Shown in pieces: positions 39,672 to 50,065 of a stretch of DNA of 64,000 nt (position 1 is the first letter of the stretch; each line of letters starts with the position of its first letter). The DNA comes from an uncultured Dehalococcoidia bacterium (GTDB taxonomy: Bacteria > Chloroflexota > Dehalococcoidia > Lucifugimonadales > CAJWER01): assembly GCA_964608025.1 (NCBI GenBank), contig CAZSLO010000023.1:193578-257577 (forward strand). Direction: 5' to 3'. The notes beneath the pieces were generated by a model, which was given only the letters and a program-made list of their open reading frames with translations, searched no databases and was not told the DNA's origin. The position numbers were made by a program, and so were the translations under genes.

Positions 39672-40724
39672 GTGATTTTGCCTCGTATAAAGGTTAATGA
39701 ACTTACTAAAATCGTTGAACTCATACTGTTAGCTGCAGGCTCTGATTGTGACAATGCAAAGCGCGTGGCTCACGCGCTGGTTCTTTCAGAATTAAGTGGG
39801 GTTGCCACCCACGGGGTTCACCATCTACCTCGGTACGTGCAATCGATTCATGATGGTGAGATTGTACCAACCGCTAAGCCGGAGGTTATACATGAGACAG
39901 ATAACACTGCCCTGGTTAAAGGAAACTGGACATTTGGATTTGTATCTGCAGAATATGGCATGAAGGTTGGTATTGACAAGGCACGAGATCATCAAGTTGC
40001 GATCGTTTCTGTGGTGCAGGCCAATCATATTGGCCGGGTAGGTGAATATGCTGAGATGGCAGCCGAGGCTGGGATGGTTTCAATTATTTTCTCTTCAGGA
40101 TATGGCAAAATTGTACCTGTCGCTGTGCCATACGGTGGTAGCAAGCCCTTGCTATCTACCAACCCCGTTTCAATAGGTGTGCCAGCAGGAAACGAGCCTC
40201 CTATGGTACTCGATTTCGCGACTACAACGGCAGCACAGTCCAAGGTAACTATTGCTTTGCGGCAGGGTAAAAAATTACCAGATGGACTGATCATAGATAA
40301 ATTTGGATCACCTTCTACTGAACCGGCAGACTTATTTGATGGTGGATCCCTTTTACCTTTTGGAGGTCATAAAGGTTCTGCTCTTATGATGGCTTGCGAA
40401 ATGCTTGGTAGGTTGTTTAGTGGTGCAGATGCTTATGCTGAGCCCGTCAGAGGGGGTGATGGTATGCGTTATCAAGGTGTGACATTCATAATATTCCGAG
40501 CAGATTTGAACCAAAACTTGAACGAATTTACAGGATCTATGAACGAACTTCAGCAGCAGGTCCGCGGTATTACACCAGCGCCTGGATTCAATGAAGTAGT
40601 TGTTCCCGGGGATATCGAAGCTCGAGCGCGGCATGCAGGTCGAAGTGAGGGTATCCAATTACCCGACGAAGTCTGGTCTTCACTTGTAGATGTGGCAAAC
40701 TCGCTTGGAGTAGTTTTAACATAG
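39672..40724 (+). CDS. Ldh_2-family (malate/L-lactate/sulfolactate-type) oxidoreductase
   Basis: GVATHG, NHIGRVG, STNPVSIGVP, LDFATT, LLPFGGHKGSAL, VPG. Confidence 0.9.
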   Translation: MILPRIKVNELTKIVELILLAAGSDCDNAKRVAHALVLSELSGVATHGVHHLPRYVQSIHDGEIVPTAKPEVIHETDNTALVKGNWTFGFVSAEYGMKVGIDKARDHQVAIVSVVQANHIGRVGEYAEMAAEAGMVSIIFSSGYGKIVPVAVPYGGSKPLLSTNPVSIGVPAGNEPPMVLDFATTTAAQSKVTIALRQGKKLPDGLIIDKFGSPSTEPADLFDGGSLLPFGGHKGSALMMACEMLGRLFSGADAYAEPVRGGDGMRYQGVTFIIFRADLNQNLNEFTGSMNELQQQVRGITPAPGFNEVVVPGDIEARARHAGRSEGIQLPDEVWSSLVDVANSLGVVLT

Positions 40725-40842
40725 TATCAATTCCTCGTGATTGACCATGGATGACCTTATTGGGAAAAGTGGAAACCGGATGATTCACTACACTTTAGGT
40801 ACATCTAAATATTTTCCATTTTTTTTGAAGATCTCCCAAAGA

Positions 40843-42246
40843 ATGTTCGCTTCCATAACATTCTCATTCATCGCAATATTAGTGGTCGGATGCGGTTCAA
40901 GTAAGACCCTGTCTACGCAAGATACTCCGGTGAGCCAATCCCCGACCGTGCTTTTCACACAGACCCCAGCTTTTAAACCAACGGTTAATCCGACAACAAC
41001 ACCTATCCCCAACTTATCACCTATAGCAACAACATCAGCTGCACTAGACAGCATTGATGCCAGATCCAAGGTAATTGAACATACGAGTATAGATGCTCTT
41101 GTTTCTATTTTGACGGAGAAGACATGGGATTTCCTTCAAACATTTACAAAGGAAACTAGTCCTAGGGAGAGTGCTACAGAAGAGGAAAAAGTCGCATCAG
41201 ATTATCTGAAAGATAAACTAGAATTGCTGGGATACGTGGTTCGCCACGAACCTTTTACCTTCGAGAGACTTAGAGGTAGAAATGCATTACGCCTCGATGA
41301 TGAACAAAGTTTCAACACAATGCCATTTCGACATAGTGGGCTGGGTAAGGTCACAGGTGTATTAAAGCATGTAGGTCTCGCAAGGGCAGAAGATATCCCA
41401 GAAGTAGGTCTTTCGGGCAGGATAGCCCTTATACAGCGCGGCGAGATCTTGTTCGAGGAAAAGGTTTCAAGGGTTACCGATGCCGGTGCAATTGCTGCGG
41501 TTATCTACAATAATGCACCCAGAAATTTCGCAGGAGTACTAAAAAATAAGGCTTCCATTCCTGCGATTTCTATCTCTCAGGATGATGGAGAGCGATTACT
41601 TGGGATTATGGAGAGCATAAATCTGATGGCCACCGTTTCTCTAGAGATGCAGACTTATCACTCTAGAAATGTGGTAGCTGAACGGCCAGGGGCTGGTACT
41701 AGCGGCGGTGTATTAGTTTTAGGCGCGCACTACGATACGGTTCCTAATACTCAAGGAGCCAATGATAATGGCTCTGGTGTAGCAACTTTAATTGTCCTTG
41801 CAGAACAGCTTTCTAATGCATCACTTCCATTTGGGTTGCGGTTCGTTCTCTTCGGTTCCGAAGAAGTCGGACTATTTGGCAGTAAATATCACATTGATTC
41901 GCTTAATGCAGAACAGATCAACTCTATCATAGCAATGCTTAACTTTGATGTGCCAGGAAGTGGCCGAACCTTGGAAGTTATAGGTGACACTGGCCTTGCG
42001 TCAGTGGTATTGGAATTTGGTTTAGCTCACGGCATTGAAGTTAGGAAAGGTACTCCTCTTCAGGGAGCAAGTAGTGATCACGCGCCATTCCGTGAAGCAG
42101 GGATTCCTGTTCTATTTTTCCTGGCCGACGATCTGTCAAGAATAAATTCACCGAGAGACGATATCGAATTCATTGATCCTAAGTTAATGGGAGGAAGTGT
42201 GGTGCTAGCTCTAAGAGTAATAGATGAATTAAAAAGTAAGTACTAG
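40843..42246 (+). CDS. M28 aminopeptidase with PA domain, predicted lipoprotein (start 40843 or upstream)
   Basis: Lipobox-like ILVVGC, Pro/Thr linker, PA domain IALIQRG, GAHYD, GANDNGSG, SEEVGL, NFD, SDH. Confidence 0.88.
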   Translation: MFASITFSFIAILVVGCGSSKTLSTQDTPVSQSPTVLFTQTPAFKPTVNPTTTPIPNLSPIATTSAALDSIDARSKVIEHTSIDALVSILTEKTWDFLQTFTKETSPRESATEEEKVASDYLKDKLELLGYVVRHEPFTFERLRGRNALRLDDEQSFNTMPFRHSGLGKVTGVLKHVGLARAEDIPEVGLSGRIALIQRGEILFEEKVSRVTDAGAIAAVIYNNAPRNFAGVLKNKASIPAISISQDDGERLLGIMESINLMATVSLEMQTYHSRNVVAERPGAGTSGGVLVLGAHYDTVPNTQGANDNGSGVATLIVLAEQLSNASLPFGLRFVLFGSEEVGLFGSKYHIDSLNAEQINSIIAMLNFDVPGSGRTLEVIGDTGLASVVLEFGLAHGIEVRKGTPLQGASSDHAPFREAGIPVLFFLADDLSRINSPRDDIEFIDPKLMGGSVVLALRVIDELKSKY

Positions 42247-42446
42247 GATCTATTCCACTTTAAAAGATATAGGTAATAGTTCCATCGTGTCTTACTTACA
42301 TAAGTGAGCTAGTTTTGGGTGTGTTTCTTTCGAATAACGAATCACGGGAGAAAACAATATTGATAGGCTAGTAGATGCTTCATGGATCTTGACTTTATCC
42401 ATGGCATGCCCTAGAACTTGTAACGATAAGGATGCGGAGGTATTGA

Positions 42447-43223
42447 ATGGATCTAGGTATTAATGGGAAAGTAGCGCTTGTCACAGGAGGAAGTCGAGGC
42501 CTCGGATTTAACGCAGCGCTCTCATTGGCTAATGAAGGAGTGAATATAGCTATCTGTGGGCGCACAAAACAGACCTTGGACGATGCGGTTGCGGTAATCA
42601 AGGATCAGGGCGGATCGGCGGTTGGTATTGAAGCTGACGTGTCTGATACAGGATCACTCGAGACACTACACTTTCAAGTTATCGATGCGATTGGTCCAAT
42701 TGATATATTAGTCAACAATGTTGGTGGCAGCGGTGATACTTCTGATATTGGCGACACATCTCTGGATGATCTACGTACAGTCTTTGATCTCAATCTTTTT
42801 GGTAGCTATGAGCTGATGCGAATCGTTATACCCCACATGCGGCAACAGAAGTGGGGTAGGATTATAAATATAGCCTCGATATATGGACGTGAGCATGGAG
42901 GTAAGCTTTCATACATGTCTGCTAAAGCCGGTCTCATAGCTGCAACGAAACATGCAGCTCTAACCTTAGCGCCTGATGGAGTTTTGGTTAACAGTATAGC
43001 TCCAGGCTCGATTCAACATCCCGGGGGTAGTTGGGAGCGTTTTGAAAAGTCCAATCCATCTGATGTAGTCGATGAATTCATCAGCCGGAATCTTCCTATG
43101 GGTAAATGGGGTTGGCCTGAACCAGTAGGTGACATGGTGGCCTTCATGGCCTCTGAGCGTTTGGGCTTGATGACAGGGGCATGTGTAGTGATTGACGGCG
43201 GCCAAAGTCACTCTATGATCTAG
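42447..43223 (+). CDS. Short-chain dehydrogenase/reductase
   Basis: TGGSRGLG, NNVG, YMSAK, IAPG. Confidence 0.92.
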   Translation: MDLGINGKVALVTGGSRGLGFNAALSLANEGVNIAICGRTKQTLDDAVAVIKDQGGSAVGIEADVSDTGSLETLHFQVIDAIGPIDILVNNVGGSGDTSDIGDTSLDDLRTVFDLNLFGSYELMRIVIPHMRQQKWGRIINIASIYGREHGGKLSYMSAKAGLIAATKHAALTLAPDGVLVNSIAPGSIQHPGGSWERFEKSNPSDVVDEFISRNLPMGKWGWPEPVGDMVAFMASERLGLMTGACVVIDGGQSHSMI

Positions 43224-43304
43224 GGAGACAGATGTTAATTGAGTTTATTCGTGCACGGGGTAAGTAGTTGGGATATGTACGCGTTTAACAAAGCTTTTGT
43301 TTAT

Positions 43305-44303
43305 CTATGGGTTTCTAAGATTGGCACGTACTTGGTTTAGCACGAGAGGGTTAATGAGATTATCAGGCATTTGGCCTTGGAAAACGTTGACAACCTCTCC
43401 GGCTGCTCGTTCTTCGAGTTCGAGGACAGCTTCCTGAGAGAAGAACGCAGTATGAGGTGTGACTATTACATTTTCTAACTGGATGAGACGGTGATCTAGT
43501 GGTGGGTCTATGTCTACGATTACGTCCAGTCCTGCTCCTGCTATTTCACCCGAAATTAAGGCATCGTAGAGTGCATTTTCATCTATTAATCCACCCCTAG
43601 CACAGTTGATCAAGAATGCATCCGGTTTCATGATCGCTAACTCTTTCTTGCTGATCATGTTTTTTGTCTGAGGGATCAACGGTGAATGGATTGTTATGAA
43701 GTCTGATTCCCGTAGAAGTTGGTCCATATCGACGAGCCGTGCACCATCCGCAGCAGCTGATTCGGATGTTACAAATGGGTCTGAGGTCAACACATCTAGG
43801 CCAAACGAGAGAGCTTTTTTGGCTACTCCACGACCGATACGCCCAAATCCAACTACTCCAAGCTTCTTGCCATCAAGACGCATAATTCGCATACTTAGGC
43901 CTTCACTGCCCCACCCCTTGATTTTGGTTGCGCGGTCGAAGAATGTTAGACGTCTATTCCAATCTAGCAACATTCCGATGACGTGATCAGATACTTCAGG
44001 GATACAATAGTCAGGGACGTAAGTTACAATTATTCCTAGCTCAGTAGCAGTATCAACATCGATATTGTCGACACCTACCCCGTATCTACTGATCACCTGG
44101 CATTTTTCTGCAACTCTAATGACATTCTCAGTAACTTTTGCGAAACATGTAAGTATGGCGTCTACGTCTTTCGCTAATTTTGCAAGAGTATCTTCGGAAC
44201 CATCTGGTGCGACGACAACTTCTGCGTCTGCGGTGGCTAGTACCTTTTTTTCAGGCTCAAGACTGGGCCACACGTAGTCTGTTATAAGCACTTTTTTGGC
44301 CAT
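43305..44303 (-). CDS. D-2-hydroxyacid dehydrogenase (CtBP/SerA-like)
   Basis: RYGVGVDNID, GFGRIG, INCARG, GLDV, TPHTAF; GAGGGAG SD before ATG 44303. Confidence 0.9.
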   Translation of the reverse strand: MAKKVLITDYVWPSLEPEKKVLATADAEVVVAPDGSEDTLAKLAKDVDAILTCFAKVTENVIRVAEKCQVISRYGVGVDNIDVDTATELGIIVTYVPDYCIPEVSDHVIGMLLDWNRRLTFFDRATKIKGWGSEGLSMRIMRLDGKKLGVVGFGRIGRGVAKKALSFGLDVLTSDPFVTSESAAADGARLVDMDQLLRESDFITIHSPLIPQTKNMISKKELAIMKPDAFLINCARGGLIDENALYDALISGEIAGAGLDVIVDIDPPLDHRLIQLENVIVTPHTAFFSQEAVLELEERAAGEVVNVFQGQMPDNLINPLVLNQVRANLRNP

Positions 44304-44375
44304 AGTGATACTCCCTCGATAATTCCTAGAATCCCAAAGGTACACGAACTAGTGGATGATGGCTATGTTATACCT

Positions 44376-45998
44376 TCAATTATCTGGTTGAGCCATCGGT
44401 TTGAACATGCATCCCTCTACGAATATTTCAAAGAAGTCGGGCGTGGTCTCAAGTTCAACATGTTCAATCCTCGTAACCAATTTTTCGATCACGTCACGCA
44501 TCTTGATAGAGACTAGCATCAAAGTCGCACCTTCTAGGGCGGCATTACCTACTTTTTCAATCTTATCTGGAGGTACGTTTGCGATGAATCCAATGCTGGC
44601 CGCGTTACTGGTATTGACGTAATTTGCGAATCCACCAGCGAGGAACATTTTAGATATTTTCTGTGGAGAGATGCCAAAATGTCTCAGCACTATCCACTGT
44701 CCACTGTAGTTTGCGGATTTAGCCTGTGCTAGTGCACTAATATCCGAGCGCGAAAGCGACATTCCCTTGTCTGGCACGAAGAAGAATTCTTCATCTTGGT
44801 TTGGAAATACCCCGAGTTCGTTCATCTGGCCTGTACGCCTCAGTTCAGAGAGAAGATCTACTAGTCCTGAGCCACAGATTCCTTGGGGAGTCTTTTGTCC
44901 AATAGTGCGATACTTCACCAGCTCATTTTCGATTTCTATAGATTCTACTGCACCTTCATAACCCGGCATCCCATAAGTGATCTCACCTCCTTCGAAAGCC
45001 GGTCCTGCGGGGCAAGATGCGGTCATCATTCGGTGCCGATTGCCTACGACAACTTCGGTATTGGTGCCGACATCCACTAGCATAACGACATCTTCTTTTT
45101 CGTCCAGTCCGATAGCTAACAGATCAGCTGCCACGTCAGCTCCTACGTGACTTCCAATTAGAGGTCCGCTATAAACGTTGGCATTGGGAAATACCCTTAG
45201 GCCCATTTTTCTGGCGGACATGTTCAAAGAGGTTGTGGAACGCTTACCGTGCTCCATCTCAGTTTGGGTAATTGACTTGTACGGTTTTTGTCCAATGGAT
45301 TGTACGTCGATTCCGAATAGTAGATCACGCATGGTTGAATTACCCACTATGACTACATCATAGATTCTTCGCCGATGGAATCCTAACTGGCGGCTCATTT
45401 CGCCGATCTCGAAATTCAGTGCGGATAAAATTGCCTGTCGTAACTCCCCTGAGTAGTCTCCTCCATCGTATGAAATACGGTGCATTATGTCGCTTCCGCC
45501 GAATTTCTGGGTATTTTCAAAAGAGGATGTGTGAAGAGTTTCTCCTGTCTCTAGGTCAACCAGATTCATGACGACAGTGGTAGTCCCAATGTCAATCGCT
45601 AGTCCATAGATCATACCGACGTAAGCTTCCATGGGAGTATTTTTTATATACACGCTATCGCATTTCCGTACGGCCAGAGGGGCGAGGTCGACGTCTCTTT
45701 TTATAGAGTGCGTTAATATCTGTGGTTGACGACGTAGCACAGAGAATTCTATATTTGCGTCTAGGTCAACTGGATATACTTGGCATGCTAGTCGAAAATT
45801 TTCACTAAGGAACCCCTCTGAGTCTGTAGGAGGAGTGACAGCGTCAATTCCCTGTTTGATTTCCACGATACACTCGTGACACTTACCGCTTCTCCCGCAC
45901 GAAGTAGGTACGCGCACCCGAAGGGCATCAGCGTAGTCAAAGATACTTTTATCGGGATCTGCTTTTAGGGTTGTATCGCCGTAGATTAAAGGAGACAT
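44376..45998 (-). CDS. ASKHA/DUF4445 reductive activator of corrinoid proteins (RamA/RACE type) with N-terminal 2Fe-2S domain
   Basis: SCGRSGKCHEC...RLACQ, AIDIGTTT, HVGAD, DVGTNTE, CPAGPAFEG, GICGSG, LAGGF, GNAALEGA. Confidence 0.9.
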   Translation of the reverse strand: MSPLIYGDTTLKADPDKSIFDYADALRVRVPTSCGRSGKCHECIVEIKQGIDAVTPPTDSEGFLSENFRLACQVYPVDLDANIEFSVLRRQPQILTHSIKRDVDLAPLAVRKCDSVYIKNTPMEAYVGMIYGLAIDIGTTTVVMNLVDLETGETLHTSSFENTQKFGGSDIMHRISYDGGDYSGELRQAILSALNFEIGEMSRQLGFHRRRIYDVVIVGNSTMRDLLFGIDVQSIGQKPYKSITQTEMEHGKRSTTSLNMSARKMGLRVFPNANVYSGPLIGSHVGADVAADLLAIGLDEKEDVVMLVDVGTNTEVVVGNRHRMMTASCPAGPAFEGGEITYGMPGYEGAVESIEIENELVKYRTIGQKTPQGICGSGLVDLLSELRRTGQMNELGVFPNQDEEFFFVPDKGMSLSRSDISALAQAKSANYSGQWIVLRHFGISPQKISKMFLAGGFANYVNTSNAASIGFIANVPPDKIEKVGNAALEGATLMLVSIKMRDVIEKLVTRIEHVELETTPDFFEIFVEGCMFKPMAQPDN

Positions 45999-46066
45999 AG
46001 GAGATTCGACTATGGCCTGTAAATTCTATCCAGTTCGTAGGCTACCCTGAATTGTGAATTGATGCA

Positions 46067-46318
46067 TTAGATTTGCCAGGCACTTCTGTAGTCGAGGTTG
46101 TCACTTCCTGAACATATGTAAGGTTGTCCAATTGGGACGTCCCTGTCTTGATTTCGACATCCGAAACTTGCAGTGCATAAGTTGGCGGCATTTTTGTAAG
46201 GGCAACGCCAAGCGGAAACTTCGTCGACTGTACCAGAGATGTTTTTAAATATGCCATAAAGCCTGTCAATACTTGCTTTATACTGCTTTTGTTCAGCATT
46301 TTGGTTCATTTGGTCCAA
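46067..46318 (-). CDS. Small 4-Cys hypothetical protein within the corrinoid cluster (start 46318 or 46309)
   Basis: RCPYKN...CTASFGCRNQ...ICSG; co-oriented between the corrinoid protein and activator genes. Confidence 0.7.
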   Translation of the reverse strand: MDQMNQNAEQKQYKASIDRLYGIFKNISGTVDEVSAWRCPYKNAANLCTASFGCRNQDRDVPIGQPYICSGSDNLDYRSAWQI

Positions 46319-46405
46319 AATATATATTGCCTCTGCTGTGACAAAAAAAAGTGGTTGGTTAGATATGTGTGTAATACAGTAACAGTGTTCAATCAGCTGT
46401 TTGGT

Positions 46406-47161
46406 TTAAGGATTGTTGATACTCTGAATAAGCTCTTTTGCCATATCAACGCAAGCGATAGCATCTTTACCGTAGCCGTCTGCCCCCATGTCTTCAGCGA
46501 ATTCTTGAGTAACAGGGGCGCCTCCGACCATAATTCTGACCTCTTCTCGTAGACCTTCATCCTCAAAAGCCTGTATGGTACGTCCCATGTTAGGCATCGT
46601 TGTAGTAAGAAGAGCTGACATACCTAGGACCTTCGCTTCGTGTTCCTGTACCGCGTCGATGAATTCCTCAGAACTGGTATCTACTCCTAGGTCGTGGACA
46701 ATGAATCCAGACCCACGCAGCATCATGATACAAAGATTCTTGCCTATATCGTGAAGGTCTCCCTTGACGGTTCCCATGATTACGGTACCAATGGGTTCGA
46801 TGCCAGATTCAGATAGGATCGGTTCTATGTGGGCCATACCTGCTTTCATCGCCCGTGCCGCAACAAGTACTTCAGGTACGAAGATCACATTATCCCGGAA
46901 CTTTATTCCTACGATTGCCATTCCAGCGATCAAGCCGTCATCAAGGATATCGTTAGCTGAAAAGCCGTCATCTAGGGCCTTGCGAGTAAGACGATCTACT
47001 TCATGTTGATCGCCAGTGATTAAGGCGTAAGCTGTTTCATGCATCAACGGGTCTTTACCCTCGAACAATGACTTAATATGGTCTAGTTCGGAAGGTTTAG
47101 TTATGTATTGAAATTCGTTTACCAGCCCGTCGTGGTTTGTCACCATTTGGAAACCCCGCAT
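46406..47161 (-). CDS. Stand-alone corrinoid (B12-binding) protein (start 47161 or 47146)
   Basis: Cap domain GLIAGMAIVG...FVPEVL; GTVKGDLHDIGKN (DxHxxG), SALLTTT, MVGGAPV. Confidence 0.93.
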   Translation of the reverse strand: MRGFQMVTNHDGLVNEFQYITKPSELDHIKSLFEGKDPLMHETAYALITGDQHEVDRLTRKALDDGFSANDILDDGLIAGMAIVGIKFRDNVIFVPEVLVAARAMKAGMAHIEPILSESGIEPIGTVIMGTVKGDLHDIGKNLCIMMLRGSGFIVHDLGVDTSSEEFIDAVQEHEAKVLGMSALLTTTMPNMGRTIQAFEDEGLREEVRIMVGGAPVTQEFAEDMGADGYGKDAIACVDMAKELIQSINNP

Positions 47162-47241
47162 TTCATTTCTAAGGACATTTATTATTCTGGGATTCTTGTC
47201 ACAATGTCAATTAAGTTGCATATTGGATTTGATCTGACTTC

Positions 47242-48279
47242 TTATCCCAGCCGCCCGTCGCGAAACGCCTGAATGTAATTCATGCAGAAATCGTCGCGGC
47301 CTTCAAGCATGTCTATTGTAAATTTAACTCGCTCAGAGTTCATATCTAAAGAGAACACATCTTCTAACCTTGTTTGTATAGGGTCAATCAGTCCAGAATC
47401 AACCCCGGCATTTATGGCTAGGCGAATGAAAGTTTGATTAATCAATTTTCTATTAGGCATGCCGAATGAAACGTTGCTTAGACCCATCCCAATATGGAGA
47501 TTCCCAAACTCGTCCCTTATTCTAGACACCGCGTTAAAGTAGTGATTACCGTACTGAGGATCGACAGAGATAGGAAAAACTACCGCATCGCAGAATATAT
47601 CGTCTTTGGATATCCCACCTGAAAGGGCTGTTTCAATGATCGAGTTTGCGTTTTCGACCCGCTGATCATCATCCTCCGGCATCCCAGCTTCACCCGTTGC
47701 CAAAACGATTACTCTAGCGTCATATTCCTTGGCCATCTCTAGAACCTCTGGTCGCTCAAGAGAGAGGGAGTTAACCAAGGGTTTCCCCGCTTTCCCATCG
47801 TACTCGGAAAGTCCGGCAGCGATGATCTCAGAGTTCGAAGAATCAATACTTGGAGGAACTTGAGAAGATTCCTGCACGATATTGATTGCCCAGCGCATGG
47901 CTCTCTTTTGTGTTTCAAGATCATAGTGAACTTCATCGACGTTTACATCGAGATACTTGGCGCCGAACCTAGTCTGTTTTCTCACCTCTGATCGGATATA
48001 CGATGCCCCTTGCTCTCGTTCGTTTGGGTCGTCACTGATACCCTTCATAAATGCAATCATAAAGTGTTTGATCTGACCTTGTTCATATGGCTGTGTTTTC
48101 TTGAACCAATCTGGAACGGTCAGGTACTGGTGTTTTTCGTCATCTCCCCTGAATGGCACTACTTCAGTACCATCTTCAAGAAGCTTTATCCTACGACCGT
48201 TCCTTAAAAGGATACGGGTTGCGTGTATATTTTCTCCTACAATATTGAACTGGTCGGGGGATTTGATTACGGGCTGCAT
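47242..48279 (-). CDS. Pterin-binding methyltetrahydrofolate:corrinoid methyltransferase (MeTr/AcsE-like)
   Basis: IVGENIHAT, YLDVN, SIDS, LVNS, GLSNVSFGMPNRKLIN, IDP. Confidence 0.88.
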   Translation of the reverse strand: MQPVIKSPDQFNIVGENIHATRILLRNGRRIKLLEDGTEVVPFRGDDEKHQYLTVPDWFKKTQPYEQGQIKHFMIAFMKGISDDPNEREQGASYIRSEVRKQTRFGAKYLDVNVDEVHYDLETQKRAMRWAINIVQESSQVPPSIDSSNSEIIAAGLSEYDGKAGKPLVNSLSLERPEVLEMAKEYDARVIVLATGEAGMPEDDDQRVENANSIIETALSGGISKDDIFCDAVVFPISVDPQYGNHYFNAVSRIRDEFGNLHIGMGLSNVSFGMPNRKLINQTFIRLAINAGVDSGLIDPIQTRLEDVFSLDMNSERVKFTIDMLEGRDDFCMNYIQAFRDGRLG

Positions 48280-49334
48280 CAGTTCTCGTCTGCAGCATTG
48301 GACTGGTGGTCGTTACACCAATCGCGAACGGCCTTGGGGATTTCGAGGAGATTTTCAAGCTTGGTAGCCAGTGGTATAGCACATTCAGGAGCGATCATGT
48401 CTATACCAGCATCCATACACTTGTAAACCTCTTCTCTTACTTCTTCAGGACCTTTGGAATACAGGGTTACCGGATTGTTGATGTTACCCACCAGACCGAT
48501 CCGGTCGCCAACTATTTTTCTGGCTTCGGCCGGGTCGTTCATTGAATCAAAGTGAAACATAGCCATACCATTCTGGGCAATATAGTCCATTCGATCCAAT
48601 GTGTTACCGCATATATGGAGTATCAGTGGTACATCAAGGCATTCTGCCATTTCTTGGTGAATATCCAAAAGAAACCGTCGATAGTACTCGCCGCTAACAA
48701 GATCGCCTGTAGCATGGTCAGGAAAGGTTAAGGCATCGGCTCCTGCGTCGATCTGTGCCTGTCCGAACAGGACAGAGATTTCCTTGAGCTTGTCCAGACA
48801 TTGCATAGTTAAATTAGGGTCGTCGATCGTCATGAGTAGAAAAGGTTCCACGCCGAATACGTGATATGCGAGTGTCCAGGGACCCATCGTCTTGCCAAAA
48901 ATGGCTACCTCCTCACCATACTCTTTCTTCAGTATTGATATCGACCTAGTTATGGCGATTGAGTCCTTATGTTCTAAGAATCCAGATGGAATTCGTACGT
49001 CATCAGGCCCTTTCCATATAGGATTAGTCATGCGTACTGTGGGCCAGTTATCTTTCTGTTCCCATTGCATATCGCATCCTAGAGCAGAGGACTCTTGAAT
49101 AATGCTGAAATACGGCATAATTGCGTCGAAGCCCAGCTCTGTGTAACCAGTTGCGGCCAACCGGGCATTCATCTCTGGGTCTCGATTGGCGTCAGGAAAT
49201 GGCGCGTCCATCATGTCCATAAGTTCTACTGTTGCAACGTTGGTTGGATTAGCTACAGGCGGTCGGTCGACCGGTTTCCCTTCAAGCGCGTTTAGGACTC
49301 GCTCCCGAGAGGTCATAGTTTCTGTAAATGTCAT
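48279..49334 (-). CDS. MtaA/CmuA-family (URO-D fold) methylcobamide:thiol methyltransferase
   Basis: MTSRERV, ALGC, GPWTLA, AQIDAGAD, LHICG and APEC (H-x-C...C Zn ligands), GNIN; TGATG coupling to the MeTr gene. Confidence 0.87.
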   Translation of the reverse strand: MTFTETMTSRERVLNALEGKPVDRPPVANPTNVATVELMDMMDAPFPDANRDPEMNARLAATGYTELGFDAIMPYFSIIQESSALGCDMQWEQKDNWPTVRMTNPIWKGPDDVRIPSGFLEHKDSIAITRSISILKKEYGEEVAIFGKTMGPWTLAYHVFGVEPFLLMTIDDPNLTMQCLDKLKEISVLFGQAQIDAGADALTFPDHATGDLVSGEYYRRFLLDIHQEMAECLDVPLILHICGNTLDRMDYIAQNGMAMFHFDSMNDPAEARKIVGDRIGLVGNINNPVTLYSKGPEEVREEVYKCMDAGIDMIAPECAIPLATKLENLLEIPKAVRDWCNDHQSNAADEN

Positions 49335-49371
49335 TATTGCCTCCTCTGCAAGGTCTGACTAAAGAGCGAAT

Positions 49372-50043
49372 TCACGTTGGTGGCGTGAAGCCCAAGGTTC
49401 CTGTGGTCATTTGACCACGTAGGGAGTCGGATTCTAACATGTCTTGTGTGCCAGTCACGTTTCGGGCATAAGGTAGTAATAGACGTATTAGCTGATCGTG
49501 GCTTACCCCACAAGAGAAGATTACCCCGCCGTCCTCGCTTCTATCCATCTCTCCATAACGAACGAATCCAGCCGTAATTGCACGAATGCGGCTCGCATAG
49601 TTGTTGACCTCTCCCTCGCCAGTGATGTAATAGCTTACCCTACCGTCTGATATTCTGGACTCGAATCCTAGCATTAGGTCAGAACGTAAGTCTTTTACAT
49701 AACCTTCGGGGTATGTGAAGCCTGGATCCTTTTCTACAGCCTGCATCAGCAGGAACTTTAGGGGTCTTTGATGGATGTCGCCGCAATGTGGTTGCAGTTG
49801 GTTGTGAGTTCCGTTGACCGGCTGTAGGTCACCAAGCGCGGCTAGCTGGTCTCGGATTCGGCGAATTCGTTCCTCGACCCCTTTCTTATGGCTAAAGGTC
49901 CATACAGTTGCTATTTGATCTTTGGCATAAAGTCCTACGGATATATTGTGGAAATTCGGATCTATCGGCACCAGCTCTAGGCATCTTCCATACCTATTAA
50001 TTACATTGTTAACATTGAATTTATTGGATTCAGGTACTTTCAT
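49372..50043 (-). CDS. Hypothetical protein with internal duplication (2x CGxxH)
   Basis: RIRRI...HCGDIH..LKFLL and RIRAI...SCGVSH..LIRLLL; GAGG SD. Confidence 0.8.
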   Translation of the reverse strand: MKVPESNKFNVNNVINRYGRCLELVPIDPNFHNISVGLYAKDQIATVWTFSHKKGVEERIRRIRDQLAALGDLQPVNGTHNQLQPHCGDIHQRPLKFLLMQAVEKDPGFTYPEGYVKDLRSDLMLGFESRISDGRVSYYITGEGEVNNYASRIRAITAGFVRYGEMDRSEDGGVIFSCGVSHDQLIRLLLPYARNVTGTQDMLESDSLRGQMTTGTLGFTPPT

Positions 50044-50065
50044 ATTATGTATTCCTCGATATCTA

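Noticed and set aside
47242-48279. Calling it folP (dihydropteroate synthase)
   Set aside because: It lacks the NxTPDSFSDG and SRK motifs and has the MeTr-type GLSNVSFG.
48279-49334. Calling it hemE (uroporphyrinogen decarboxylase)
   Set aside because: It lacks the MRQAGR motif, has H-x-C...C Zn ligands and sits in a corrinoid context.
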